The position numbers were made by a program, and so were the translations under genes. DNA of 63,049 nt, filler included, from Choristocarpus tenellus KU-1152 (taxonomy: Eukaryota > Protista > Phaeophyceae), in assembly GCA_964200185.2 (NCBI GenBank). It is 10 parts of 10 records of this genome, joined end to end, with 100 filler letters (N's around TTAATTAATTAA, not from the genome) between each part and the next. Parts side by side here need not be neighbours in the genome. Positions count along the whole stretch, not along the records: positions 43,090 to 54,704 come from CAXNAD020002220.1; positions 54,805 to 63,049 come from CAXNAD020004942.1; 8 more parts are not named here. One strand, written 5' to 3'. Shown here piece after piece: positions 50,180-63,049 of the stretch (its first letter is position 1; each line of letters starts with the position of its first letter). The notes beneath the pieces are model-generated. The model was not told the origin of the DNA, made no database searches, and was given only the letters and a program-made list of their open reading frames with translations.

Positions 50180-53100
50180 CGAAGAGAGTGTCTGTGATTG
50201 GAACGCCATTTGGTGCGGATTATAGCATATGTCTGTTCTGGCAAGAATGTAATGAGTCCTGCCAACTTGAAGATACTAGTATAAACGCATAGCACTGAAG
50301 AGGTCTTCATGACCACTTCATAGTATGAAAATGATTTGTTCAAGCAGAAAGAGTGCAAGCACATATATATTTTTTTTTCAAAAAATGAACAATATATGCA
50401 TACTACCTCTATGGATATAGGCTAGTCTTTTCTCGGTTCTAGAGGCTTTGCTGAACTTCATCTAAACTTGTAATGGATGCATTTGATGAACAAAATTGTC
50501 TTAGATAATGAATTGTTGGCATCAGCTGTGTCTCACTTAGATTTCACAATGCCATGCCTCCCCCATGCACCCATCCATTCCTAGGCCATCAAGTAGGCTT
50601 CAAGGTCAATTTTCGCACGGTACACATGTATATATCCTCTTCCACGTCTTATCATCAATGTTCTTAGGGAGTTGTTTTGTGGGGACACCAATCCTTACTA
50701 TTCTAATGCAATGTTCAACGGGTCAAATATCAACAAGTAATACTTGGTCATGCCCTTCTCTCTGAACTGCTATCCTTAGTGAGGTCCTCCTTTCACTATG
50801 CGTTTGAATACCGGGTACTGTATTAGGGTCAATGGCGAGAAATCGAAACGCTGATAGGCAATGTACCACAAAACAGTGCACAACTCCTGCCATTGTATTC
50901 CCTCAAAGCATATCCACAGTACATGATACCTGATGCACAACATACACCGACACCACAACTATACAGACGAGGTAAACATGAATACCCTCGTCTTGATGCT
51001 TGTCATCTCTGTGTGTTGCTTCTCAATCAAGGAGCTTACGGACAAAGTCCTGAAGTTGGAGAGTGCCTTGCAGAATACCGAAGGTGCACTAGACTAGCAA
51101 GATTTGTTGTTGTGAAGTAGAGTGTGAAACGTTGAACTAGTGGCACGTAAACTACCTTGTCCAAATTCAACAACAGCACCACAATGATTCTTTTGCATGT
51201 GACATGTAAAGTGTTAGGTCCGGTCATGACCTTTCACTTGAATGTCTATCTCCTCTCTCTATTTAACTCAGATTTCATGAGTGCCATTATTTCCCATTCC
51301 ACAAGCTCTACCCGGTTTCTGCTTCTAGTTTACCTTCAGTGCGACTCTGGCATACTGCTTGTGCTGCAATGTGCGGAACAACATTGCAATACCCATTCAT
51401 AATCGACTGCCACCAGCACGTATGTCCACCAGCTCGTTTGCCACAGAACAACAATCCCGATCCTTTGCTGCTGTCAGATCAAAACTCTCACTTCAGTATC
51501 ACTATTCCCAATGAATAAAACACTAACAAAAGGTGTGTGCACTTACTCACAATACTAAACATTACACCCTTGGTGTTGAATCTATCAGGTGAGAGTGCTA
51601 CAATGGCCGCCATGATAGTCGAGCACACTCAACGCCTCAAGGATTCAAAGGAGAGGGAGGCAGCCCTCGTCTCCAAGGTCTGTGTGATGTGATTCTTGTG
51701 TGTGAATTTGTGACTGTGCGAATGAGTTGTATATGTATTGAAGAGAACAGAAAGGGAGGGAGGGAAGGAGGGAGGGAAAGAGGGGGAGAGAGAGAGAGAG
51801 AGAGGAAAATATAGTCCTATGTTCAACTATGGATAGGCAGCAGAAGGCTCTATACTTCCTTCTACAGTATAGAGCAATCAAATATGTGTGCCATTAACAA
51901 ACAGAGAAACTGTCCAGATGGACCCAAGTATGCTGTATGGTGAAACAAGAAAATCATCTGCAAGAACTGTATATCTTTGTATGTCAAGTTGAAAAATAAA
52001 TAGAATCCATCCTGCTTAACCCTTGAGGGCAGATATCTGTGAATAGAGGAGTCAGTGCATCATAAACACTGTCCCTATCAAGCTCCCCTCAGGCTTCCTT
52101 CACCCACAACTCCAACAACAAAGTATATCCATTATTATAGACACTCTCTTCCATCTATGTCTTGTCTGCAACTGGGTAGACTTGGGGTGGATGAAAGGCA
52201 GGCACAATATTGTGGTATCTCCACACGAATGAGATCAAATATGTACTCAGTAACTAAAAAGGCCCATCTCAGGCCTTCATATACCTATAGCCCCCTCTCT
52301 TCTATCCAGCCTATCTGTCAGCTGGACAAGTGAACAGTGAATAATATATTCCTGTATGAGAGGGCGAAATGGTAACTTAGATTATAATGGCATGAAAGGG
52401 GACCTTAAACACACGGTATCTTTCACAGGGAGGTAGGACAACACCGTGCCCAGATTTTGAAGTGACGTGAACGGAAGAGCGTCGCCATATATAAGAGCAG
52501 CCTCTGTTGCAGACTATTCAACCATATGCTCTTCTTCCAAGGTGTATCAGAGTTACCCATGGTAGAAACGGTAGACCACTCAGCAGCATTATCACTTGCT
52601 CCATCAAGGGGTTGGTTAGGGTGTTGTGTAAGGGCTAGTAGGTTTTGCAGGAGAGTCAAGAATGTTGGAAATATATAGACATATGTATAGATATGCATTG
52701 GTATATCTAGATGATGTGATGGCACATATCTGCTTTCAAGTTCGATTCAATGATACCCATAGACAAACAATGATTGCCCTATTCCGTTTGATCGATAATA
52801 AACATTTGCGGTGGGTACTGAATAATTTCAGTTGACCAACGAGAAATTTCTCAGTCATTTGCATCTCCTACAGTTCACTTCTCCCACAAATGTATTGATC
52901 GCAACAGAACAATGAGCTACTCTCATCCCTTCAAGTGGCAACAGACAGCATCAAACGCTTGGAGATTGAGGTTTCCGACCACAAGATTTCTTCCCTGACA
53001 TCGTTGGAATGTAACAATGCGCAATTAAACAATATCCCTGCAATCCTACGTAGGGTGAGTTGTTGTTGGAGCAGGGGATGTGGATGTAAGTGTCTATGGG

Positions 53101-53273
53101 GCAGGTGGGTAGAACATTAGAGGTAACCATTCTGTAAGCCATGCAATCCTCTCAACACTTCCATGAGCATATGTATGATTGCTATGCATGCCACTTGCAA
53201 CACAGATACATTCAAACTCTCATTTTTCCTGCACATGCCCTTCCGCCTTTCATCCAACTTCTGTTCGACACCA

Positions 53274-53529
53274 GAGTCAAAGTATCTTCGAGGGTAGAGC
53301 CACGTCCGTTTGGGGGCCAAAATTCCAATGTTACGATTTTGATGTAATTTTGGCTATCGTGTTTGTTAGGAAGTGTCAATATCCTTGTTCCGAACACACC
53401 TTCCAATAACGTATACATTTACCTACTCCGAAACATTTTGGAGTAGGAAATGTCATAAAAACCCGTGGGAAGTCAAGCCCCAAATAGACTTACAGGGCAA
53501 ACTTCGTACCCTCTAAGATAATTTCACTC
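53274..53529 (+). mobile_element. MITE family B, full length
   Basis: gagtcaaagtatcttcgagggta...taccctctaagataatttcactc; flanks cca/aca. Confidence 0.93.
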
Positions 53530-54643
53530 ACATGAACCCTCACCTGTGTAGTGGTCCGCCTTCCATCCAGCAAGCTATCTCCCAACCAGTGTGTTCTGGA
53601 ATATCTAAGCCTTGTTCTCCTTTCCTATACCCTTGTTTCTCCAAACTTCTTCCTAGTACGATAATATTTCCTCTCAGGACACTTCTGGTACAGTGGGAGG
53701 TGACAGGACGGAGTCTGAAGGTACTGTGTGCTTGAATGAAAATGTCTCTGTAGGATCAATTGGTGGCGTTGACTGTGTCAGGTAGGGTTTGGTGATTGCA
53801 GTCACCTGTCATTCCGACATTTTCCCCCTATTGCTACATTGAGAAGGGATACCCTCAAGTTTTTGCTTGTATTAATCCTTTTGTATTCTATGACAACTGT
53901 GCGTTACACATGTCATTATACTAGTACTTGCTTATTGTGGTTGTGACTCTAGGTCTTCCACATTGGAGGACTGTGCATGTAATATCCGCCCTCCATCATG
54001 GTTCCACAGTTTGATATCTCTATCCTAATCTTCAGAGTGAGAGAAGGAACACTTGTGTTGCACTCTCAGAGTCCGTGTTCCCATATTTTCCACCAAGACA
54101 AAATACCTGAAAGTCATGTCCAAAAAATGGCAGCAGAATATATTTTTGTGGGCCCCCCAGTATACGACAAGGTCAGGGATAATATTATATAGCCTCTGTT
54201 ATTATCTCCAGTGCAGAAGGCATTGAATTGTTCATGCGCCCAAAAATGGTCATGCTCAACCTTACAGCGACCATGTTCTCACTCATCCACCACCTGGCTA
54301 AGATTCACTATATTCATAAGAGTACTATAGCTTTTTTGACGGTATGGTCGCTTCTTTATGACATGCTTTGTATCTGAAGCACGAAGTAATAGGCATTGTA
54401 TATTTTAGTTACAGTTTGAAATATGTGTAAATAACTCAAATACTCTGGAGTGTATTACAAGCCATGCTATATACCGATGTCAAATACTTCCTTGGCATAT
54501 GATGAGAACAGGAGCAGGTGTTGGCACATGGTGATCGGAAAATCGAGGCGATCTTGTTTTAGAGAGACCTTTCGGCAATGATGCCCATCCTCATCACACT
54601 CTCTTTGTGGTGGCACAATCTTCTTTCCTTTTGTTTCACAAAA

Positions 54644-54704
54644 GGCTCAAAGTATCTGGGAGGGGGTGGCAGCTGTCCATTTGGGATCAATTTTTTTATG
54701 TTGC
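54644..54704 (-). mobile_element. MITE family A part at contig end
   Basis: ggctcaaagtatctgggagggggtggcagctgtccattt. Confidence 0.88.
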
Positions 54705-54804
54705 NNNNNNNNNNNNNNNNNNNNNNNNNNNNNNNNNNNNNNNNNNNNTTAATTAATTAANNNNNNNNNNNNNNNNNNNNNNNNNNNNNNNNNNNNNNNN
54801 NNNN

Positions 54805-54938
54805 GGATTTTGTGCCAAATCGCCTGAATACGAGATTTCCGGTACAAAAACCTATTTTTTGAGCATGTAAAAAAAACGGTACAAAATTGATGTGGTTCAT
54901 AATGTTTGGCCCAAAATCGGGTAACCCACTGTACCTAC
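54805..54938 (-). mobile_element. TIR-type repeat family C end
   Basis: Reverse-complement match to about 14408-14555, ending gggtaacccactgtaccta. Confidence 0.7.
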
Positions 54939-55090
54939 ATTAAAAACATGGACAATAATCAACCGAATAAATGAAGGTGTAGTAATAGAGGTAGGTGTAT
55001 ATGAATGATAGGAAAAATATTTAAAACAGAATATAATATAATAAACTAAACTCCTAATCAACAAAGTCCGACCTGTCTACCACAAGATCT

Positions 55091-57180
55091 TCATGGAAGT
55101 ATGTACTGGAGTGGTGAAGGACAGGATGACACACAAGTCCGAATACAGATTGTAGTCTGTCCGACACCATGTCTCTCTTCTACACTATGGCAATGTGGGA
55201 CCCGTCGAGAATCAGACCCATATGTAGGAGCGTGTTGTTCCGTACTGTACCGTTCTACAAGAAGCTGGATATCTCGCACCTCCACATTCTCCCATTTTGC
55301 CTCATTAGGGTAACCGCCTCGCTCCTCTCCTACTCTCACTGTGTGTCGGGACAGATATATGGTCACGGTCCCTCACATCCACTGATCGTCCCATCGAAAG
55401 TACAGTCCCCTGTCCTTGACTCTTGCATAAAGTGCTCCTCCCCCGTCCAAATTCGGCATAACCCTCAGTGACGGTTCTAGGAGGACGTATCCCGTAGTAA
55501 GCTTCTCCTCCTCTCTACTCTTCACCTGGTGAACCATCTCCAAGCGGTGTTGGATGACACACTCGGCTGCAGGTTCATCACGGTCCCTCTTGTCCTTCTC
55601 CCGTAGTTGTTCGACCCCCTCCTTGATCTGGTCCTCCGTCACGTACAACCTCAGCCCAAGGGGCAAAGAGGTCTTGCCATCCTCTCGCAGGTAGCACACA
55701 GAGCAAATATATGCCTCAGAAATGTCTACATCAACGTCGTGGACCTCCCCCCACAAGATCGCATCCCCACTCTAGAATAGGATGAAACTGGTGGCTCGAC
55801 CAAACTTGGCATCGGATGTGTCTCCGAGTCTGCGTTGCCTTGAGAAGCAAACAGGTATCCTGCCGAGGGATTGCCGATTGGATGCCGAAGTGAACCTCTG
55901 GTATTGTCCAGGCAGGATGACGAACGTGTCGTCCAGGTTAATGCGATGAAGGTGTGTGAAGTCAGGGATGATGAGGATAACCTGAAGAGGGAAGACGCAG
56001 GGACCCAGTTGTGTGTCCTGCAGCGCCACAACGATTTTTTGGTGTTATAGGGGAAGGGGAAATAGGAACGACCGTGAAGGCGATTGTGGATGACAGAAAT
56101 ATTGTGGTGGACAGGTGCTCTTTGATATTCATGATAATAACGGAAACAAACAAACAATGTCGTCAATTTCCTGAAGGGAAAGAAACCTGCACTAGATCAT
56201 TCTATTTTAATTATGCACTAGATCATTCTATTTTGATTATTGTTTTGTAAAATTCTCTGAACATTCCAGAGTGTCGTATTGTAAAAAAATACACATTTTT
56301 GTCCGTAGGAAGAGAAGAATATTATGTAGTAACTAGTCTTTAGTAAAATATTAGTGTACCTCACCCTCTCTACACACCATAGGTTAAACTTTTGGCACTC
56401 CATGAACAAAGCTGGCACTCAACACCTCGAAGTCTTCCCTGACAAACACCACCTCGTTGCCAGTACTGAACATCCCTCCATAGGTGGAATGGTTCCCTGG
56501 CATTCCATTCAATGGTCGGACGAGATTGTCCAATACACTCTACAGGAACAGCACAGAGATATTCCCTATTGCAAATGAATTCTGTGCGTTTCATTGCCGA
56601 AGATCTAAGCGTCTCGATCTTGATGTATTTCTTGGCTGTGTCGGAAAGACTGGATTGGTATGTCGACGTAACCCCGTCCTCGAGTAGTTTGATACCAGGA
56701 GCAATGCACATCTGGCAAGTGTGCTCCGTGTTAAGATCTTTCTTGATCGATTCGAGGAAGGTCTTGACCTGGACATCAGCTGCAGGTTGACGTTTCTCCT
56801 GAGATAGTATCTCCCACAGCATGTTCACTAAGGGCACGAACTTCTTGTCCTCATCCAAGAACCAATTAGCAACATCGTTCCAAGTGTACATGTCTCCTTC
56901 CTCCTCGTCTCGTCCATGTGGTAGACAGGCATGGAACAGAATAGCTGAAGGAATTGGTCGGTCTTGGATTTAACTCCAAGATCGAAGAGTACTGCTATTT
57001 GTTTAGTCTCCCAAATCCCCGCTTCCTGAAAGGGAGATGCGACAGTTGAGTGTGTATGCTGTGTGGGATTGATAATGTTTGCGTTGTGGTTTGTGCATGC
57101 AAGAGATGGAGAGCAATCTCGACGCCATAATAGCGGATTAAGCAGCAGGATGTCGTAAAATTACGTACATGGTGTGTTAG
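55091..57180 (-). pseudogene. Decayed gene with possible ubiquitin-specific protease (peptidase C19)-like motif order
   Basis: Fragments in order RNFTTSCC, TCQMC, CQLCSWSAK, VILII, GGGALYARVK and YFRWDD resemble the USP Cys box, zinc fingers and His/Asp boxes. In-frame stops are present and the catalytic His is not seen. Confidence 0.35.
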
Positions 57181-57430
57181 TCTGCCTGTGTAGATGCGAC
57201 TGGTATTGAATGCGTGAAAATTTATGTGGTGGAAATATGTACACCGCGATGACGGAACCAACTTTGGATTTCTTTGTTGAAAAGGTGTGTGCATTCCGTG
57301 TTCAGACATGTAAGAACCACATCCATCATTTTTCCGAAGCGTTTGCAAAATCAAAGTTAATGAGGGAAATTGGTACGGGCCTTCGTCTGCTACCAGAGAG
57401 AGATATATAGGATTTTTGGGCTATGGTCGA

Positions 57431-57669
57431 GAGTGAAAGTATCGTCGAGGGTACGAGATTTGCCCTGTTTCTCCGTTTGGGGCTTGGTTTCCCACGGGTT
57501 TTGATGACATTTTCTTACTCTGAAATGTTTCAGAGTACGTAAAATGTATACATTGTGAAAAGGTATGTCTGGAACATGGATATTGGCACTTCCTAACAAA
57601 CAAGATAACCAAAATTGGATTTTGGCCCCCAAACAGACTTGGCTTCTACCCTCTAAGATACTTTGACTC
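57431..57669 (-). mobile_element. MITE family B, small internal deletion
   Basis: gagtgaaagtatcgtcgagggta...taccctctaagatactttgactc. Confidence 0.92.
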
Positions 57670-58749
57670 CCGACGAACCTAAAGTAGGGTGTACCCTCAA
57701 CATGTTTAACCTGAATGTGGAAAATATGCTCCTTGCATCGTTCGGCGAAAGGCATAATAAAATGGGGTGTGTCTATGTTTGTTGAGAAAGACACACAATT
57801 TAGTCTGCTGATTAAGTTGGAGACTTGTGTGTGGTTAGGGTTAGGGTGGTGTAAATGCCGTGTTGGGGTAAGGATTCAGCATAGCCAAATATTGGATATA
57901 TCGCAAGTGATATGTCGGATGCAGTATAAGGGTTAGGGTTTGCTTGTCAAAAGAAGTATTCTGAAGTAATGATTCTAGATGGTTGATGCTTGTCGCCGCG
58001 TCAGTGTGACATGGTACAATACCGATCGTGTATGTTTTGGCGGTTTCGTTAATCTCAGATGGAGGACAGGGATGTGTCGACCTATGAAGAGCTGTAAGTT
58101 TTGGAATGAGGTTGAGTATTGAGGTGTTCTGTCCCACCTATTGTGATGACGCACCTGAGTATAATCCATGTCGTTTCCTTGGTCCAGGACAGTACGGTGT
58201 GCACATACCGATTTGACATATATGTCGGACGAAGAGGTGTATCTTTATGGGTGTCTAATTTCTGGTTCGGTGCTGTTGATTTCTCAGTTCCATCGTGATT
58301 TCGAGGGAAGGGGATGTGCGCGAACGCCTGTGCAGTGGTCATCTTTTAATTGTATAAAACGATTTCTGTAGTAAGGATTTCGTGGGGAGGAGGTGGAGTC
58401 GGTATTATATGTGAATACTGCGTGAGGAGGATTTGGATTTGTAGATAGGGGTTGATAATCGTATAGTTTGGACAATAAGCTTTGATTACTTAGGTAGTAC
58501 TCATCACTGATTGCTATATTTGCGAGGGGCCTTGGATTACATGGACGTATATGCACTGCGTATCTTTTGGGCATTGCAGGGTGGACGCCTCGGGAGTCTA
58601 TGGGTTCATTCCCCGTGCTGGTCAAGTCTCATAGAGCAGCTGTCGGGTGGCCATCCCAGGAGTGAGGTGCGATGGTTATCGTCCTCCTCGCGAATAGCGA
58701 CGAGGAATGCTTTGTTGTTCAGCTTGTTTGGTTGCTCCTTGCATGAGTG

Positions 58750-59055
58750 AATGAGCAAATGAGGTGAGGTGGGTTGGATGTAATGGACGGTGTATTTTAT
58801 ATTTTCAATATATCTTTTAATGTACATACGAAATGTGCACTTGACGTGACAGTTCGTTTCATTTGTAATATGGATCGAATGAAGTCAGTTTCGGCTGGGG
58901 GATACCATTCAACATCGAGGTTTGTTCCTTGCTTTAGGGGTGTACCTTTCTATGTATTTGCATCCAGGTTGACGGAATGACAGATCACTCGTTGCACTGT
59001 TTTCTGTTCCTCAACTCTACAATATTGTTCTGCGTCTATCTTCTATTCCTCAAAA
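58750..59055. repeat. ~280-300-bp direct repeat, left copy
   Basis: aaatgaggtgaggtgggttggatgtaatggacggtgtatttt...ttcctcaaaa is repeated at 59911-60186. Confidence 0.88.
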
Positions 59056-59059
59056 GGGA

Positions 59060-59905
59060 AAATTTATGAAGCAGTCTGAGCTTTGTGGGCGGAAGAATTC
59101 TGGTAGAAATGTGATACAGGGGAGGGAGAGGTGAGGAAGGAAAAAAAAAACTAGTCAAGGAGTGAACGAAGAGTTAAGTACTCAGTGATTAGGAGGTAGA
59201 AGAGGAAGGAGAGGAGTTAAAGAAGTGGTTGGTAGGTGGAGGCACAAGGGAAGAAGGAATGGTCAGTATGTAAAGAAAACCTAGGGCTGGTGGTGGTACA
59301 AGACGAGAAGGGCTAGAACAAGACAACCTCCAAACAAGCTCTCCCGCCCACCCACCCTTTCGCTTGCTCAACGACCGATTTGGGATGCTGGGTAAAGGGA
59401 GGGGAGGTCAAGTTTGGGTGGGGCGGATGTCTTCTACTTCAAAGTCACGGTATGAAGTGCATGATGAAGGGTTGTTCTTTCATGATTGTGGAGTGGTGTT
59501 GGGTAGTGTGGGGCTGGGTGGGGTTGAAGGGTGGGGTGATGACTGGAAATCAGTTGCGAAGGGTTTGCACTGGTTGATCATCGCATGGGGAGGGGGTGAC
59601 CGGCAATCAGTGGTGAAGGAGGTTCACACTGTTTGGTCATCAGAGGGGTGGTGGCTGGAAATCAATGGTGGAAGGAATTTGCATTGGTTGGTCATCGCAT
59701 GGGGTGGAGGTGACTGGAAATCAATGGTGAAAGGGGTTCGCATTGGTTGGTCATCGGATGGGAGGAGTGACTGGAAAACAGTGGCAAAGGGGTCGCACTG
59801 GTTGATCACAAGTGGTGGTACTATGGGGGGGAGGGGAATAGGTGGAATGCAAACATAGAATAAAATAATAATAATCCAGAATTCGTTAGCAAAACAAAAT
59901 ACACA
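59060..59905. repeat. Dispersed repeat with ~58-bp tandem units (copy 2)
   Basis: Homologous to 13150-13850; about five gactggaaatcag...cactggttg.tcatc units at 59540-59815. Confidence 0.82.
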
Positions 59906-59910
59906 CATGC

Positions 59911-60186
59911 ATGAGTAAATGAGGTGAGGTGGGGTGGATGTAATGGACGGTGTATTTTTATATTTTCATATTTTTATTTATTTATGTACATACAAAATGT
60001 GCACTTGACGTGATGGTTTGTTTAATATGAGATTTGATCGAATGAACTCAGTTTCGACTGGGGAATGTCATTCAATATTGAGGTTTGCTCCTCACTTTAG
60101 GGGTACCTTTCTATGTATTTGCATCTAGGACAGATCACTCGTTACAGTGTTTCCTATTCCTCAACTCTACAGTATTGTTCCTCAAA
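59911..60186. repeat. ~280-300-bp direct repeat, right copy
   Basis: Matches 58750-59055. Confidence 0.88.
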
Positions 60187-60189
60187 AAC

Positions 60190-60550
60190 ACAAGCACGAT
60201 CTCTTCTACACCTTATCGAAAAGAAGCTACTTCTACACACAATTGGCATGCATCTTCTTAACAGGCTCGTATTTAATCTAATTATAATTAGTTCAGTGTC
60301 CACCTCATATTAATCAAAAGCATAAACATGGTCTCTTCCACGCTTTTTATTATAGAAGCTACTATTACACAAAAATAAAAGGGCATGCTCTCTTCAGGGG
60401 TTCATATTGAATGTGACTTGTTTGGTGTCTACCTCATATTTATAAAAAAAACAGAGACATGGTCTCTTCTACGATTTTCATATTAGAAGCTACTTCCACC
60501 TATAAACAATAAGAATGCTCTTGATATTTTCATATTTAATGTTACTCTGC
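60190..60550. repeat. Degenerate ~130-bp tandem repeat, about three units
   Basis: Recurring tctcttc.ac...agaagctact...atgc...atatt.aat motifs near 60200, 60330 and 60460. Confidence 0.75.
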
Positions 60551-61258
60551 ACACCCCTTAGAATCCCACATAGACGTTACGAACAAAATTCACGTCGAAA
60601 TTTCAAGAGTTCTAACGAAAAGGAACGCTCCAAAGTAACGAGTCCGGAAACATTATACAACATGGTATGCGTATTCACATAATGTGGATTTGTGAGGATG
60701 TTGATTTCGTCGTATCCCGTATACAACGTGCTACCAAACCATAACAGAAAAAATCAACACCATCAGACTTTCTTGAGGAAGGGGGAAGCCGTGCGTTACT
60801 TTCCCGAAGGAACGAACCCGCCTGCCACTATCCCTGCTGGCTGGACCTAACCCAAAACACAAGACACGTCTTATTTTCCCCTATCAGTTCCCCTGCCCGA
60901 TTTGCAATGTGCCCACTCCACCCAGCCCTAACGGCGGACCCGCAGAGGCGCCAGCTAACCACTGGACTTCACGATGCCAATAAAGGGAAGCAAGAGGTGA
61001 GGTTCACAGAAGAAATGTGCACCCACTGCCCAGAGCATTCATCTCCATGAACATAAGACAAACCCACTCACCACTCTTGGTAAACACCGCGCACGATGAA
61101 TGTTTTGTGATCAATTTTCCTCGCCTAGCCTGTACGAACACGTGCCATCATGTTTCCCTGTACTGTGTAACCCAAAACTCACGGGGCTTGCCTGTGTATC
61201 CTTTTCCTCTCTCACTTGTCCTAGCACACACTCTCACCCCACGCCGATTCCTCCCCAT

Positions 61259-61530
61259 GGGTGGAAGTATCTTAGAGGGTATGAGTGTTGCCCTGTTTGT
61301 CCGTTTGGGGCTTGGCTTCCCACGGGTTCCTTGTGACATTTTTCCTAATCGGAAATGTTTCGGAATAGGTAAAATGTTTACGTTACGAAAAGATTTGTCT
61401 GGAACAACGATATTTGACAACGAGATTTGGCACTTCGTAACAAACACGATAGCCAAAATTACATCAAAATCGCAACATTGGATTTGGTCCCCAAGCGGAC
61501 GCGGCTCTACCCTCTAAGACTCTTTGACTC
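61259..61530 (-). mobile_element. MITE family B, full length
   Basis: gggtggaagtatcttagagggta...taccctctaagactctttgactc; flanked by ccat on both sides. Confidence 0.92.
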
Positions 61531-63049
61531 CCATGCAACCCCCCTTTAGGGTGTTAAAAATGGTTCGGCCCCATTGTTCCAATGAGTCTCTTTTGAATCA
61601 TTGCTTATTCCCTCGTAGGAACATTGTCGAAAGCATGGTCATCATAAACACCTTTCCACACCACATCTTGTCGAGTGTACGCCTTGTTGTAGAGTTCCCC
61701 CCTCTTAATATTCTAACAACCGCCTGGTTTACCTTGGCCTCCTCCACAGCGGATCAACACTGTACCCGGACACACACGTGGTCTGTAGTTTTTCACTCTC
61801 TGCACTGCCGTCTGAAATTGGTGCTCCTTCGAGGTTCCTCATTAATCTAGACACTGCACGTGTTCTGTTTCCAGCGTGGGCATGCATACACTCACCACAC
61901 AACTGGTGACCACATCCCACACACATATTATCCGTGCTTTCTCTCCTTCTTGTTTAATTTGGATGCACCATAAAAACCCACAATAGACCCAGACAATGTC
62001 GCACCCCAGAACAACTTCCTCCTACACCCTTAGTCCGTCCTTGTCACGCCCTTCACCTTCGTCTTGTAATAAAAACAACGATCCAACCTCTCCCCAACAC
62101 CTGAACATGATCCCACACTACACACGACCTCCAACCCACCGACCACCATAGTTCTCGTTGTTTGTTCGCCTTTCGACAGGTTGACAACATGCAAAAAATC
62201 TATAACCGTGTGCCACCATTTTTACTACATAACAATCGTCATGAAAACAGTAGAGGCTGTCTTAACACAATAATATACACACATCATGTAGGCCACAAAA
62301 TGTGTATGTAATACCATTCCCCCCAGTTCCATTCGTTGACCATATTTGTATACTACACTCCTTCCACTATTGGCACCAATATTGCACACATTCATATTTT
62401 TGGCTCAACAATATTGACACAATCAATCCTGTCTAAACAAGATACACACTGGTTCACCATTCTGTGACTGTTTTTTCTGTAACACCTGTTCACACACATA
62501 CACACACTCCGCCGAACTCACTGTTCATGCCCTTATTTTCACCACCTTTCACATCATGTTTTTTCTACGGCTCTTCGAAATTTGTCGACTACTAAAGCCT
62601 CCCCAACACCTAGACGCACCCGAATTGAACCTGCCAACACACTCATGTGGACATAAATCTCCTCCGACGATTGGATTTTAGTTCATAAACAATTCTTTAG
62701 TGTTCCTCTCCAACCTGCATACAATAGAACTAACATTTTGAGCCTACACAGCTGCTGTGGGAATTCTCGCGAGGTGTGGCACTGGGCTGGAACCTCTCCA
62801 AATAATTTATTCCCAGACGAATATGTGTATCAGGCATGACTTCGATTTCCCTCGAACTCTGTGAGTCAGATATTCCTGCGTACCCAGATAAGAAGAGAAC
62901 AACACGACAAAAGTTTGGGAATGTGAGTGTATGAATGGCAAGAAATAACTACCTAAGCAACGTCGTCTATACCATGGCTATGCAAAAGAGAGCTATTCCA
63001 ATAGAGTCTTTGCTTTATGTTGTATGGATTTATTTATTAGCGGAGTGAG

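Noticed and set aside
57835-57940. TTAGGG telomere-like motifs
   Set aside because: Only one or two units at scattered internal sites; not a telomere
59540-59815. CRISPR-like periodic repeat
   Set aside because: The whole unit is degenerately repeated with no unique spacers, there are no cas genes and the context is eukaryotic; it is a minisatellite

Overview
Eukaryotic nuclear DNA. It is not one locus: ten short contigs are joined by artificial N-TTAATTAATTAA-N linkers. Intron-rich genes, the centriolar gene WDR90 and the protein style suggest a flagellated stramenopile such as a brown alga or relative (inference). Recognisable spliced genes are TAF6 (5' part), a cAMP-receptor/GCR1-type 7TM GPCR, NUF2 and WDR90 head-to-head (WDR90 has a GC-AG intron) and S-formylglutathione hydrolase (5' part). 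There is also a tRNA-Thr(TGT) gene with two decayed copies. Most of the remainder is transposon debris. It includes an intron-rich Sola/DUF7869-type transposase pseudogene and two abundant MITE families with unrelated interiors but near-identical termini (G..NCAAAGTATCT) and 3-bp TSDs. It also includes a third TIR family, a two-copy decayed spliced ORF of unknown type that supplies filled and empty MITE sites, a possible USP-like relic and several other repeats. Repeat copies show marked CpG-to-TpG/CpA decay. All calls come from reading the sequence; no searches were run.
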